From NCBI GenBank assembly GCA_965215565.1, contig CBDCDZ010000004.1, positions 352,001 to 416,000 of the forward strand: a stretch of DNA of 64,000 nucleotides. Direction: 5' to 3'. The number at the start of each line of letters is the position of its first letter. Position 1 is the stretch's first letter. Positions 1 to 10,389 of the stretch are shown here, one piece after another. Position numbers and translations under genes: made by a program. The notes beneath the pieces are model-generated. The model ran no database searches. It saw nothing but the letters and a program-made list of their open reading frames with translations, and was not told where the DNA came from. This DNA comes from Trueperaceae bacterium. Its GTDB lineage: Bacteria; Deinococcota; Deinococci; Deinococcales; Trueperaceae.

Positions 1-1
1 C

Positions 2-1867
2 TTGATCACCGCAGTCGTTGATTACATCCTCGATGGTACCCGCAGTGAGGTTGACGGTCATAATGTGCGTGAGCTGCACGCCCGGTACCGCCGGCACCTC
101 GAAGCCCCTCTCCGTGACAATGGACGGATTGTTCTGATTGAAAACGTAGACGCCGCCGCCATAGAGGGTGTGCGTTTTGACGTTATCCGCTACCTTGTAG
201 CCAGCCCAGCCGAGGGTATCGCCGTTCATCCAGTCGTCCTGGGTAGGTGGGTCATAAGGTAATTCGTTTTGGTACAAAATCGTCGTGCCGTTCTCACCGT
301 TCCAGATGGTGTTGTACTCCTGGAAGTGCTCGACGAAAAGACCCGTTGCCGTTACGTTGTTCCCATTGATAATCGCACCGTTGCGACCCAAGTTCGTGTT
401 CCAGCGCTCGGTGTCGCCGTTGACGCCCTCCGTGAAGCCTTCGACGCCGTGGTCGCCGCGCCACACCCAGGTGTGGTCAATGAGGACATTGTCGCTGTTG
501 ACCTCGAGTGCGACCACCGTCTTACCGATATAGGGTCCGCCCACGCGGAAGTACACGTCGGAGAGCGTCGTCGGATTAGCTGCGTCGCTCTCGCCTGCGT
601 CGCCGTTCTTCTCACCCACTTGTAAAAGAAGGGGCGACAGCTCGCTGCCCGCGTCGATGGTGATACCTGCAACTACAACGCCGGGCACGTCAGCCACCGT
701 TAGCGGAACAGCACCGTTCGTCGCTTTGAGGGTCGCGTGCCCGATACCTAGCACAACGGTATTGGCACGCACGACTTGGATGGTTTGAGCGACCTCGTAG
801 ACGCCTGGCGTCAGGAAGAGGTGACGCCCCTCCGCCAACCGTTTATTAATCGTGTCCACCGAGGCAGAGGGGGTCGCCACAAAGAATTCCCCTAACGCCA
901 GAGTACGTCCCGCCGTCATGGTCTCCCCCCAAGAGACGCCCCGCGTCTCGCTCTGGGCTGAGGGCACGCGGACCTTGTAGTCACCCTCTTCCAGGAAGAG
1001 GTAGGGCTTCTCACGGCTCACCGGGGTGGTCTCTAAGTTGGTATAGGGTAGCTGCGGGACGCCTTCATCGTCGTAACCGGGGAAGCTGGCGTCGTCGGGT
1101 GCGCCCACAACGCCTGCGAATACCTGGTTCCACACGCCGTTGGTCCACTCACCGACCTCGCTGTTGCGGGTCAGCCACTGCTGCTGGGAGCCGTTGAGGA
1201 CCGTTTCTGCCCTTGTGTCCGCGACGAACCCGCCGCTGGCGAACTGGGGACCCGCCGTACAGAAGTCCATGAGCGAGAGGGTTCCGCCGCGAACGTCCAC
1301 GCGGCGCACCGAGACGGCTTGCGACACCGCCCAGAAGTTCGCCTCTTGGCGGCACTCGTCCTGACCCTTCGCGTTGATGTGCAGCGTGAGGTTGGAGAGC
1401 GTACGCCAAAAGTTGTTGAGCGCGATGCAGTTGCTCGCGCCGTTATCCTCCAAGCAGCGGTTGTAAACCTCGATTTTGCCGTTGATTATGACATCGCCGG
1501 GTGACGCGCCCAGACCGGAAACCTCAGTATAGTACCCGACCTTAATCTGGAGCGGCTCCTCGTCGGTTCCGTAGGTGCCGGGCTTGAAGAGGTAGGCAAA
1601 ACGCGCACCGCCCATCTCATTATCGACTTGCTGCGCGTGCGTGGCGTCGAGAACACCTTGAATCTCACTCACGGGCATACTGGAATCGAATACCGTCGTG
1701 TTCGGACCGAGGTCATCGGTTTTGATGGGCTCTGACCCTTGATGGCTATTACATGCGCCCATGAAGAAGATCACCCCTAGCAGAAGGATGGGGATTGGTT
1801 TAGTCTTGCATCTGCTCTCAGCGTTCGTCTCACTTGACCCTAAGTTACTCGCCCTGTGTGGCTTCAT
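2..1867 (-). CDS. GH55 exo-beta-1,3-glucanase (laminarinase)-like lipoprotein, runs off the left edge
   Basis: Not in the ORF track because there is no stop in the window. Manual translation from ATG 1867 (RBS GAAAGGAA) gives a lipobox FFMGAC and motifs YLFKPGTY, VGYYTEVSGLG, NNFWRTLSNL, WAVSQA, ASGGFVAD, GSQQQW, typical of bacterial GH55. Confidence 0.85.
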   Translation of the reverse strand, partial: MKPHRASNLGSSETNAESRCKTKPIPILLLGVIFFMGACNSHQGSEPIKTDDLGPNTTVFDSSMPVSEIQGVLDATHAQQVDNEMGGARFAYLFKPGTYGTDEEPLQIKVGYYTEVSGLGASPGDVIINGKIEVYNRCLEDNGASNCIALNNFWRTLSNLTLHINAKGQDECRQEANFWAVSQAVSVRRVDVRGGTLSLMDFCTAGPQFASGGFVADTRAETVLNGSQQQWLTRNSEVGEWTNGVWNQVFAGVVGAPDDASFPGYDDEGVPQLPYTNLETTPVSREKPYLFLEEGDYKVRVPSAQSETRGVSWGETMTAGRTLALGEFFVATPSASVDTINKRLAEGRHLFLTPGVYEVAQTIQVVRANTVVLGIGHATLKATNGAVPLTVADVPGVVVAGITIDAGSELSPLLLQVGEKNGDAGESDAANPTTLSDVYFRVGGPYIGKTVVALEVNSDNVLIDHTWVWRGDHGVEGFTEGVNGDTERWNTNLGRNGAIINGNNVTATGLFVEHFQEYNTIWNGENGTTILYQNELPYDPPTQDDWMNGDTLGWAGYKVADNVKTHTLYGGGVYVFNQNNPSIVTERGFEVPAVPGVQLTHIMTVNLTAGTIEDVINDCGDQ

Positions 1868-1975
1868 AGTTTCCTTTCCGGTGCTTTGAACTGTGCGGTG
1901 CTATGTCGATATAGCAATGTTGACTACCAAGTGCTCCGAGAGCCCGTCTAGCTGACTACAGCGGTGACTTCCCAC

Positions 1976-3317
1976 CTAGACGACGCCCTCCTTGGTTGCC
2001 GCGACGGTCTCGGCGTACCACTTGGCACTCGCTTTGGGGATGCGCTCTAAAGTCTTGTAGTCGGTATAGACCAGCCCGAAACGCTTGCTGTAACCAAAGG
2101 CCCACTCGAAGTTGTCCAGGAGGCTCCAGGCGAAGTAGCCCCGCACATCCGCGCCGCGCTCTATCGCCTCGGCAACTGCCACCAAATGCGTTTTGAGGTA
2201 GCGGATACGCGCCTCATCTTTGACCTCTCCGTGCTCGAGCACGTCGGGATACGCCGCGCCGTTCTCGGTGACCAGCAGAGGCGGCGAGGTCGGATAATCC
2301 GCACTGAGCTGGACGAGCAAATCCGTCAACCCCTGCGGATAAACTTCCCAGCCCATATCCGTGTGTTCGCCTGTCGCCGAGACGTTGCGAAAGCATGGCG
2401 GGTCGCCGTCCGGATCGTGCGCTATTACCGCGCGGCTGTAGTAGTTCACGCCCAAAAAGTCGAGGGGCGCGCTGATTCGCTCCAGGTCGCCCGCTCGAAC
2501 CTCAGGCACGTCCTCACCGTAGACCTCCCACATATCCTCTGGATACTCGCCCTTGACGAGCGGCTCCAAGAACCAGCGGTTGAAAAAGCCGTCGAAGAGA
2601 CGAGCAGCTCTTTCGTCTTGAGGACTGTCGCTCGCAGGATAGCTCGGCGTGAAGTTGAGGACGATACCGTGCTGCGCGCCGGGCGCGTTCTCGCGCATGA
2701 CGGACAGCGCCGCGCCGTGTGCCAAAAGCATAATGATGCGCCGCTTGGAGCGCCTTTTTGCGGTTTTTGAATCCTGGCGCGTGTTCGCCAAAGTAGTGAC
2801 CCAGTATCGCGCTGCACCAAGGTTCGTTGAGGGTAGTGTAGGCGTGCACGCGGTCGCCCAGGCGTGCGGTAACTGCGTCGGCGTAAGTAATAAACGCCTC
2901 CACGATGTCTCTCGAGACCCATCCCCCTATGTCCTGCAAAGCTTGTGGCAGGTCCCAGTGGTAGAGGGTCACGTGCGGCTCGAGCCTCCGCTCTAAAAGG
3001 CTATCGACCAAACGGTCGTAAAAGTCGAGCCCCTTCTCGTTCACTTGACCTGTTCCTTGGGGTAGGACGCGCGGCCACGCCACTGAGAAGCGGTACGCGC
3101 CGACGTTCAGGCTCTGGATGAGGTCTAAGTCGCTCTGCCAGCGGTGGTAGTGGTCGCAAGCGACTTCGCCGGTGTCGTCCCCTTGGACTTTGCCGGATGT
3201 TGCGCAAAAGGTGTCCCAGATAGAAAGACCACGTCCGTCCTCGCGGGTTGCCCCTTCGATTTGAAAGGCGGCGGTAGCGACGCCCCAGGTGAAGTCAGGT
3301 AGAAAATCTAAGCTCAT
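1976..3317 (-). pseudogene. GH1 beta-glucosidase split by a +1 frameshift near 2732
   Basis: WGVATAAFQIEG, LYHWDLP and TLNEP in the 5' ORF; GVNYYS, TENG and DNFEW in the 3' ORF; junction reads CAT CAT T ATG CTT TTG GCA CAC GGC (one extra T). Confidence 0.9.
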
Positions 3318-3445
3318 ATGGGCTCCTGGTAAAATCTGTACGAATTTCAGTTTCCATGTTTCCCTACAAACGAATTCAAAAAGGTAAGAACAGCGTCAAA
3401 GGTACACCTTTGACCTGCGCCCCTCTCTAGCTACCTCGACATCCC

Positions 3446-4318
3446 TCAACCTTTCACTGCGCCCTGCGTCAGCCCTTCGATGATCTGCTTAGAGGCGAAA
3501 ACGAAAACGATCAAGAGGGGTAAAACCGTGAGCGCCGCCGCCAACATCACCGCGCCCCAGTCGGTCGAATAGAGCCCCTGAAGGTTGCGCAACGTCACGG
3601 GTAGCGTGTAGGTCTCGTCTTGTTGAAGGACGATCAGCGGAATGATGAAGTTGTTCCACGAGGTGATGAAGGTGATGAGCCCCAGCGTGCCCAAGGCGGG
3701 GCGCACGAGGGGGAGCACCACGCCCCAGTAGATGCGGAACTCCGATGCGCCGTCGATGCGCGAAGCGTCCATCAGTTCGCGGGGGATGCTGGACGCGATA
3801 AACTGCCGCATCAGGAATATCCCGAAGGCGTTCGCCATCCCCGGCACCCACAGCGCACGGGGCGTATCGATCCAACCGAAGAGCTTGATGATGATGAAGT
3901 ACGGGATGATATTGAGCGCCGCTGGAATCATCAGCGTAGCTAGCACGAAGCCGAACAGCACGTTTTTGTAACGGAAGTCGTACATGGCGAAGCCGAACCC
4001 GCCCAAGCTACAAAAGAAAAGTGTCGTGACAGTTGCCATGACCGCGATGTAGAGGCTGTTCCAAGCGCTCCTCCAGAAGGGCACTTGGTCGAGCAGCGAC
4101 GTGTAGTTTGTAGCCAGGTCATCTCCGAACCATAGAGGCGGCGGCGTGGTGTAAATTTCGCTCGTGCTGTGCGTACCCAGAGTATGCACCCAGTACACGG
4201 GAAACACCGCGATAAGCGCGAGAAAGGCTACGCCGAGAAGGGCGACTGCCCGCTTGATACCCGTCCGAGTCCTATTCTCTGCGCCCGCCGCCCGCATTTC
4301 ACCCGGCGCCAACGCCAT
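3446..4318 (-). CDS. Carbohydrate ABC transporter permease (MalG-like)
   Basis: TM helices, EAA loop DASRIDGAS, WNNF motif. Confidence 0.95.
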   Translation of the reverse strand: MALAPGEMRAAGAENRTRTGIKRAVALLGVAFLALIAVFPVYWVHTLGTHSTSEIYTTPPPLWFGDDLATNYTSLLDQVPFWRSAWNSLYIAVMATVTTLFFCSLGGFGFAMYDFRYKNVLFGFVLATLMIPAALNIIPYFIIIKLFGWIDTPRALWVPGMANAFGIFLMRQFIASSIPRELMDASRIDGASEFRIYWGVVLPLVRPALGTLGLITFITSWNNFIIPLIVLQQDETYTLPVTLRNLQGLYSTDWGAVMLAAALTVLPLLIVFVFASKQIIEGLTQGAVKG

Positions 4319-5319
4319 TATTCTCGCCTCTCTAACCCGCTGCGTCCCATCACCATGAACTGCACGGCGGTTACGACGCCGATGATAAAAAAGAGTACCC
4401 AGGACATCGCGGCAGCCGTGCCCATATCCGACCAGTTAAAGGCGGTGCGGTAGAGGTACAGAACCACCGTCATGCCGCTCCGCGCCGGTCCACCCTCACC
4501 ACCGGTTAAGATAAAGGGCTCTTCAAACATCTGTAGGTTGCCAATAATCGATAGGGTGACGGCAAAAAAGGCGATGGGGCGCACCAGCGGCAAGCTAATA
4601 TACCAGAACTTCTGCCAGGTGTTCGCGCCGTCAACTTCGGCCGCTTCGTAGTATTCACGGGGGATAGAGGCGAAGCCGCTGCTGTAGAGCACGGCGTTGA
4701 AGCCGAAGAACTTCCAGAAGACCAGCAGGGCAATCGCAGGTTTGACATAAGGGGCGGAGCCCAGCCAGTTGATGGGTAAAGCTTCGGCAAGTCCGCCCCA
4801 GAGCCAGGCACTCCAGGGCGCGGTTACCAAGTAGCTCAGCAGGGTGTTCAGCAGCCCGTGGTGAAGCCCGTATAGGGTTGAAAATACCAGCGCGACTGCC
4901 ACAGTCGAGGCGATGTAGGGCACGAACACCATGCCGCTAAAGAGGTTGCGAAACCTGGGCAGCATGACGATGAGCGCGAACGCTAGCGGAATAGCGACGA
5001 GGTGCTGCGGCACGCCCGAGACGACCGCCAGCCACACCGTGTTGCCGAGCGACTGCCAGAACCAGGGGTCAGTGAGGAGGAACTGGTAGTTCTCAAAACC
5101 GACGAAGCGCATCGCGCCGATGCCCTGCACGGGGTCCCAGCGCTGAAAGGAGAGGTAGACCGAAAAGAGGATAGGAAACAGCCCGAAAATAAGGAACAGA
5201 ACAAAAAAAGGGCTGATGAAGATATAGGGTGCGTAGCGGCGCTGAAAGATGTGTAGGCGCGTTTTCCAGGGGAGCTTCTCCCGCTTGGGCGGGGCGGTTG
5301 AAGTTGAGCGAACAGCCAT
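4318..5319 (-). CDS. Carbohydrate ABC transporter permease (MalF-like)
   Basis: EAAEVDGA motif; ATG 5319 preceded by GGAGG. Confidence 0.95.
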   Translation of the reverse strand: MAVRSTSTAPPKREKLPWKTRLHIFQRRYAPYIFISPFFVLFLIFGLFPILFSVYLSFQRWDPVQGIGAMRFVGFENYQFLLTDPWFWQSLGNTVWLAVVSGVPQHLVAIPLAFALIVMLPRFRNLFSGMVFVPYIASTVAVALVFSTLYGLHHGLLNTLLSYLVTAPWSAWLWGGLAEALPINWLGSAPYVKPAIALLVFWKFFGFNAVLYSSGFASIPREYYEAAEVDGANTWQKFWYISLPLVRPIAFFAVTLSIIGNLQMFEEPFILTGGEGGPARSGMTVVLYLYRTAFNWSDMGTAAAMSWVLFFIIGVVTAVQFMVMGRSGLERRE

Positions 5320-5342
5320 AGCCGAGCCTCCAAAGGTGGAAG

Positions 5343-5363
5343 GGGGGTGCAAGGAGCACCCCC
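5343..5363. other. Intercistronic stem-loop between the SBP and permease genes
   Basis: GGGGGTGC-AAGGA-GCACCCCC perfect 8-bp stem. Confidence 0.6.
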
Positions 5364-5376
5364 GAAGACGTTGTGA

Positions 5377-6603
5377 TCACTGGCGCGAGATGCGACGCTC
5401 GATGAGCATCTGGGCTTCCTCCAAAGCAGCGCTGATCTCTTTGCCCTGGGTCAGAACCTGCGTAAGCTGGTCTCCTACAATCTCATCCGCGAGTGCATCA
5501 TTGGGGTTGACGGGCTGACCGGTAATCTCATTGGCGATATCGATGGCGACTCGGTAAGCTTGCTGTCCACCCAGAAACTCCACGGGCTCTTCAAAAACGG
5601 CATTGTCGTAAACCTCGGTATCTGAAGGAAACGCACTGATAGTCTCAAACGCGAGCATCTGCGTATCGGGATTCGTGGTGAGAAACTGAATAAAGTCCCA
5701 AGCGAGTTCCTTGTTGTCAGACCTCTCGGGAACCGCGTAGAACGAGCCACCCCAACTGACGTAGCTCTCGGCGGGTAGGGTTGTCACGCCCCACAGCCCG
5801 GAGGTGTCAGGAACGGTACTCTCCAACCAAGTTGTGAGCCAGAACCCAAACAGCTCGGTTGCCGCTTGACCACTCTGGAACGACGCCGCCCACTCGGGAG
5901 ACCAGTCATCCACATTGAGGTCCATGCCCTCGTCGCGAATCGTCTTGGCAAGCTCGAAAGCTTCCGCGAAGCGTTCACTGGTGACCAGGGGGTTGCCTTC
6001 GGCGTCGAAATAAAGCCCCTCGCCCTCGGCAGCGTTGCTGCGGATGTAAGCGTGATAGACGCGAGCGGCGTTCGGAATTAAGACGAGCCCCTGCTCTTTA
6101 AGCGCCCGACCGAACTCCAGGTAGCTGTCCCAGCTCTGCCCGATTTCTTCGACGGTTGTGCCCATCTGCTCCAAGATGTCGCGGCGGTAGAACATCGTAC
6201 CGGGTCCCAAGTCGGTCGGGATGGCGATGAGACGTCCGTCTGAAGTCGTCGCCTGCTCGAGCGCGTAATCGACGAGGTCTTGGGTGACTTCAGCCGCATT
6301 GTAGGGCGCTTCGTTGAGGTCGACAAGTCCTCCCGCTGAAGCGAACTGCGAGATAAAACCTATTTCGATAGCGGTGACGTCCGGTGCGCCTGCGCCGCTC
6401 GCCAGGGTGGTGAGAAGCGCCGTGTGGTGGTCGACGAACTCTTTGGAGACGACTTCGACGCTCACGTCCGGGTTCTGCTCTTGGTAGGCAGTAGCCGCCA
6501 CGCGCACCGCCTCGGTGAGGTTGGGGAACGCGGCGACGGTCAGCGTCTGCTGCGCAAATACAGGGGTCAGTAACAGGGTGGCGAGGATCAAAAGTCGTTT
6601 CAT
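5377..6603 (-). CDS. Sugar ABC transporter substrate-binding protein
   Basis: Signal peptide, APDV, YRRD and WGGS motifs of family-1 SBPs. Confidence 0.95.
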   Translation of the reverse strand: MKRLLILATLLLTPVFAQQTLTVAAFPNLTEAVRVAATAYQEQNPDVSVEVVSKEFVDHHTALLTTLASGAGAPDVTAIEIGFISQFASAGGLVDLNEAPYNAAEVTQDLVDYALEQATTSDGRLIAIPTDLGPGTMFYRRDILEQMGTTVEEIGQSWDSYLEFGRALKEQGLVLIPNAARVYHAYIRSNAAEGEGLYFDAEGNPLVTSERFAEAFELAKTIRDEGMDLNVDDWSPEWAASFQSGQAATELFGFWLTTWLESTVPDTSGLWGVTTLPAESYVSWGGSFYAVPERSDNKELAWDFIQFLTTNPDTQMLAFETISAFPSDTEVYDNAVFEEPVEFLGGQQAYRVAIDIANEITGQPVNPNDALADEIVGDQLTQVLTQGKEISAALEEAQMLIERRISRQ

Positions 6604-6672
6604 CTAAAGCTCCTTTTCTGTGCGAGTTCTGCGCTAGGGATTTGGATGGTGCTCACGTACTGAACCGAACCT

Positions 6673-7680
6673 TTAGAGACGCTTAACCGAACGCCGAACG
6701 ATGAGTCTAGGCTCGAATTTTCGCTTCACCTCCGCTTCTCGCTGGTCCAGAGCCGCGAGTGCGATGTGCGCGGCAGCCTGCCCCATCTCCTCCAAGGGTT
6801 GCTGAACCGTCGTCAGCGCCGGATAGAAGTACCGGGCGATAAAAACGTCGTCGTAGCCGACGAGGGAGATGTCTTGAGGAATGTTCAAACCGTGGGCGCG
6901 GAGCGTGTGCAAGATGCCCGCCGCCATCTGGTCGTTCGCCGAAAAGATAGCGCTCAGGTCCAACCTTCTGTCCAGCAACCGCTGCGCGGCGCGCTGACCG
7001 CCTTCTTCCTTGAAGTCCGCCTCGACCACGTAAGCCTCGTCGTAAGGAAGCCCGGCAGTCTCAAGCGCTCGGCGGTAGCCTTGCAAACGGTCGCGACTGT
7101 CTTTCATAGCGAGCGGCCCGGCAACATGCGCGATACGCCGATGTCCTTGCTCGAGCAGATACTGGGTTGCTAAAAAGCCGCCCTTTTCATTGTCCAGGTG
7201 GATGCAGCGCTCGCCTAGTTCGGTGATGTTGCGGCCCATGATGACGATAGGGGTTTCAGCAGGGAGATTCCCTTCGAGCCAGCTCAAAAGCTCGCCGTCC
7301 GTCAGCGTTTCCAGACGCAGGATGAGCGCGTCTGAGCGGCGTTGTACCAGATAGCTCGCCGCCTTACGCTCGAACGCCGCATCCGCGTGACCGCTCGAGA
7401 CGATGAGGTGCATACCCGCCGCTTCGACTACCCGTTCGATACCGCGCACGATGCCGCTGTAGTAGGGGCTCGAAATTTCGTTAATCACTACCCCGATACC
7501 GCCCGAACGGTTTGTGACCAGCCCTCGCGCAAAGGCGTTGGGCTGGTAGTTGAGTTTTTCGATGGCGTCCAGCACGCGCTTTTTGGTATCACTCGCAACG
7601 GGTACAGTTCCATTAAGAACCCGTGAGACCGTCGCGGCTGAGACCCCGGCGTGGTAAGACACCTCTTTGATCGTCGGCAT
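6673..7680 (-). CDS. LacI-family transcriptional regulator
   Basis: TIKEVS..AGVSAATVSRVLN HTH; NDQMA and VGYDD motifs. Confidence 0.97.
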   Translation of the reverse strand: MPTIKEVSYHAGVSAATVSRVLNGTVPVASDTKKRVLDAIEKLNYQPNAFARGLVTNRSGGIGVVINEISSPYYSGIVRGIERVVEAAGMHLIVSSGHADAAFERKAASYLVQRRSDALILRLETLTDGELLSWLEGNLPAETPIVIMGRNITELGERCIHLDNEKGGFLATQYLLEQGHRRIAHVAGPLAMKDSRDRLQGYRRALETAGLPYDEAYVVEADFKEEGGQRAAQRLLDRRLDLSAIFSANDQMAAGILHTLRAHGLNIPQDISLVGYDDVFIARYFYPALTTVQQPLEEMGQAAAHIALAALDQREAEVKRKFEPRLIVRRSVKRL

Positions 7681-7692
7681 CAGCACCTCTTT

Positions 7693-7708
7693 ATGAAATC
7701 GCTTTCAT
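7693..7708. promoter_or_regulatory. LacI-type operator O1
   Basis: ATGAAATCGCTTTCAT palindrome with central CG, just downstream of the -10. Confidence 0.85.
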
Positions 7709-7711
7709 TGC

Positions 7712-7740
7712 AGCGTAGTAGACTCTACGGGAATTGTCAA
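7712..7740 (-). promoter_or_regulatory. sigma70-type promoter of the lacI-ABC operon
   Basis: TTGACA (7740-7735), 17-bp spacer, TACGCT (7717-7712). Confidence 0.8.
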
Positions 7741-7854
7741 GTCGCTTTTTCTCGATCTTCCTTTACAATTTAAGATTAAAGAGGGTCAACATGCTCTATT
7801 TTCCTCATTACTATTAGTTATAGAAGCAGGAGGCTGACTTTAGGTTGAAATATC

Positions 7855-7868
7855 TGAAATCGCTTTCA
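7855..7868. promoter_or_regulatory. LacI-type operator O2
   Basis: Identical TGAAATCGCTTTCA, 161 bp from O1. Confidence 0.8.
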
Positions 7869-8074
7869 TAGCGTAAGTTGTGCCGAGCGCACTTATATGA
7901 GCGTGGGTGCGCAGCTTCTGTGTTGAGAAGGGGTGGAAAGAGCGTTCAATCAGAGTTCACAGGTGCTGAGGCGTTGATGCTCCAACGCCCCGTACGGCTG
8001 ACGTCTCCGCCGCTTCGTGACAAGTAGTGCCAAAGAGCTAGAGCTATCCGTTTGGCTATCGCGGATCATACACA

Positions 8075-8227
8075 TAGCAGTTCCACTTACCGTTGCTTGA
8101 GTGCAACTATGCGAAGCAACACTTCTCCGCAGATATCATCCCTGAAAGTACGTGCTAGGCGATGTTCTCTTTAGTAAGAGTGTTGCTTCGCATGGCTTCG
8201 CCCAAGCTGACCAGATGATACCTGCTA
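8075..8227. mobile_element. MITE, TAGC...GCTA family, carrying two nested ~29-bp mini-repeats
   Basis: Ends TAGCAGTTCCA / ACCAGATGATACCTGCTA; internal CGCAGATATCATCC and GTGCTAG shared with 39153-39263. Confidence 0.7.
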
Positions 8228-8731
8228 ACAGTACAGCTCCCCCATTCTCCGGCAGCATAGCTGCTTAGACATCCTGCAGTTGCGTAGGAATTTAGGGAAA
8301 GGTAGAGATTTAGCCGATCGAGAAGTCGCGGCAAGCGTGACGAACGAAACGCTTTTAGCAGCCGAGGCAGCTTTGAGAGCCCTCATCTTTGCAGTTCCCG
8401 AGACGAAGAATACATTTCTAAAAAGGACACTAAGTTTTGCCTGGGTTCGCTTAAGCTGAAACCAAAAAACAACCCCGCCAGGTTTCAGCGGCACCTGACG
8501 ATCACCTCTTATGGCTGCTTCTTCCGACCTGACCAGGTTCGAGGGTCGCCACCGCGCTGAGCCGACGGGGTTAGAAAGAGAATACCACACGCTCCTTGAA
8601 GAGGGCAAAAGGGGAGAACAAACGAACCTAGAGAATTTGTGTAAATCAGCAGTTCCGCGACATACCGAGGCAGATTACCGCTTCTTTAAGGTGCGCTGCC
8701 TCCTTCCTCATAGCCGCTAGAAAGTGACTAT

Positions 8732-8891
8732 TAGCAGTTCCACGACATACTGAGATTGAGCGCAGATCTCTGTCCGCAAGGACTAGCGTTACGGGCAGGC
8801 CGCCCTGCCGTTGCGGGATTTCATCCCCCAAAGTGCGTGCTAGACTGTTCATTTCTCACTAAGGGTGTCTCTGACCAGATGATACCTGCTA
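8732..8891. mobile_element. MITE, TAGC...GCTA family
   Basis: TAGCAGTTCCACG ... CTGACCAGATGATACCTGCTA followed by TA. Confidence 0.75.
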
Positions 8892-8934
8892 TATGTTACG
8901 CACCTCTACGCACGCTGCACCCTCTAAAAACGCT

Positions 8935-9780
8935 TCAGTAGCCGAAGCGCCCTAGCGTTCTCTCCACGCGCTGCACGTAGCTCCCGCCGAAAAGGGTCAC
9001 GTGGACGAGCAGCGGGTAGAGGTTGTAGAGGTGGCGGCGTTCTCCGAAGCCTCCGCGAATGTCCCTCAGCTCGTCGTAGCGCCTGAAAAAGCGCTCTCCA
9101 AAGGTGTCGAAGAGGCTGATATACGCAAGCTCCATCTCGGCGTCGGCGTAGTAGAGCGCGGGGTCTAAAACGCCGGTGACGGCGTCCCCTCGCGCCAACA
9201 CGTTGCTGCGCCAGATGTCGCCGTGGATTAGCGAGGGATGTGGGGGCGCGTCCAAGAGGTCCGGGAGGGCTTGGGCGAGCGACTCGAGTCTGTCACCCAA
9301 CCTTGCGGACAAGTGGCCGGACTCGAGCGCCAACCCCGTCATGTAGCGCAGGCGGTGCTCGCGGAAGAAGTCCACCCACACGTTCGTCCTCGGATTAGGC
9401 TGTGGCAGCGGACCGATGAGGGTGTCCTTTTCCAACCCGTACTGCTCAGCGCGCACCTCGTGCAGTGCGGCGAAGAGTTCGGCGGCGTGGGGCTCGGCGC
9501 GTTCCAGGTTCTGCGGGCTGCCGGGGAGGTACTCCAGGACCAAGAGCGTGTCCGAGGCGTAGATGACTTCAGGAACGGGCAGGGAGCTATGGTCTCTAAG
9601 ATAGGCGAGCATGAACGCCTCGAGCTGCAAGTCCCCCTCGTCGTCCACCTTCGCTACGGCGCTTCCGCCCGCGTAATGCACCCCGTAGACCTCGGCGACG
9701 CAGCCGCCGCGCAACCTCTTCGCTGAACGAAGCTCCGCGCCCAAAATCTCGCCGAGCTGGGCTCTGAGCGCGTCTTTCAC
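8935..9780 (-). CDS. Fructosamine kinase family protein
   Basis: SLIHGDIW..N, LDPA.YY.D.EMELA and LYNLYPLLVH motifs. Confidence 0.93.
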   Translation of the reverse strand: MKDALRAQLGEILGAELRSAKRLRGGCVAEVYGVHYAGGSAVAKVDDEGDLQLEAFMLAYLRDHSSLPVPEVIYASDTLLVLEYLPGSPQNLERAEPHAAELFAALHEVRAEQYGLEKDTLIGPLPQPNPRTNVWVDFFREHRLRYMTGLALESGHLSARLGDRLESLAQALPDLLDAPPHPSLIHGDIWRSNVLARGDAVTGVLDPALYYADAEMELAYISLFDTFGERFFRRYDELRDIRGGFGERRHLYNLYPLLVHVTLFGGSYVQRVERTLGRFGY

Positions 9781-10256
9781 CCCGCCACCTCTCGGCGGAC
9801 GTGCGCCAAGAGCCCTTCGGACGCCGCTTCAATGAGGTCCAGTACGCGCTCGAATCCGCCGCCGCCACCGTAGTAGGGGTCGGGCACGTCCGCCTCGTCT
9901 ACTTGCGCGTAAGAGAGGAACTTCTGAGCCCTCGGACACTGGGGCTCGACGATCTGGCGGTTCGCTTCGTCCATGACGAGCACGTAGTCGAAGTATTCAC
10001 AGTCGTCTCGGCTGATCTGGCGGGCGCGCTGCGCCGAGAGGTCATAGCCGCGCCGCTTAGCCGCGCCCTGTGACCGCTCGTCCGGCGCGTCACCCACATG
10101 GTAGCCGTGCGTGCCCGCCGAGTCGACGCGGACGCGCCCACTCAACCCTTCGCGCTCCACCAAGCTGCGGAAGACGCCCTCGGCGGTAGGCGAACGGCAG
10201 ATATTGCCGGTGCAGACGAAGAGGACGGAAACCGTCCGTTGGGCAGAGCGCTTCAT
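9777..10256 (-). CDS. Low-molecular-weight protein-tyrosine phosphatase (native 5' end cut off by a MITE)
   Basis: VCTGNICRS P-loop, DSAGT and DPYY motifs. Confidence 0.95.
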   Translation of the reverse strand: MKRSAQRTVSVLFVCTGNICRSPTAEGVFRSLVEREGLSGRVRVDSAGTHGYHVGDAPDERSQGAAKRRGYDLSAQRARQISRDDCEYFDYVLVMDEANRQIVEPQCPRAQKFLSYAQVDEADVPDPYYGGGGGFERVLDLIEAASEGLLAHVRREVAG

Positions 10257-10389
10257 ACGGATTCCGATTGATTCGCTGACAAGCGCGAATCAATCCGAAC
10301 GGATGTGAGTAGGAAAAAGGATACGGATGAAGTGTATGGGCGATCACCGAGGCTTCTTCTTGGTAATAGGGAGTTAGACGGAATCCGTA
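10256..10389. mobile_element. 134-bp MITE with 11-bp TIRs TACGGATTCCG/CGGAATCCGTA
   Basis: Perfect TIR, TCA/TTA flanks; removal restores an in-frame N-terminus of the phosphatase. Confidence 0.85.

Noticed and set aside
2..1668. Short ORFs in the track over 1-1.7 kb
   Set aside because: Shadows of the long minus-strand GH55 frame.
8225..8941. ORFs in the 8.2-8.9 kb spacer
   Set aside because: They overlap MITE and repeat DNA and have non-protein-like composition.
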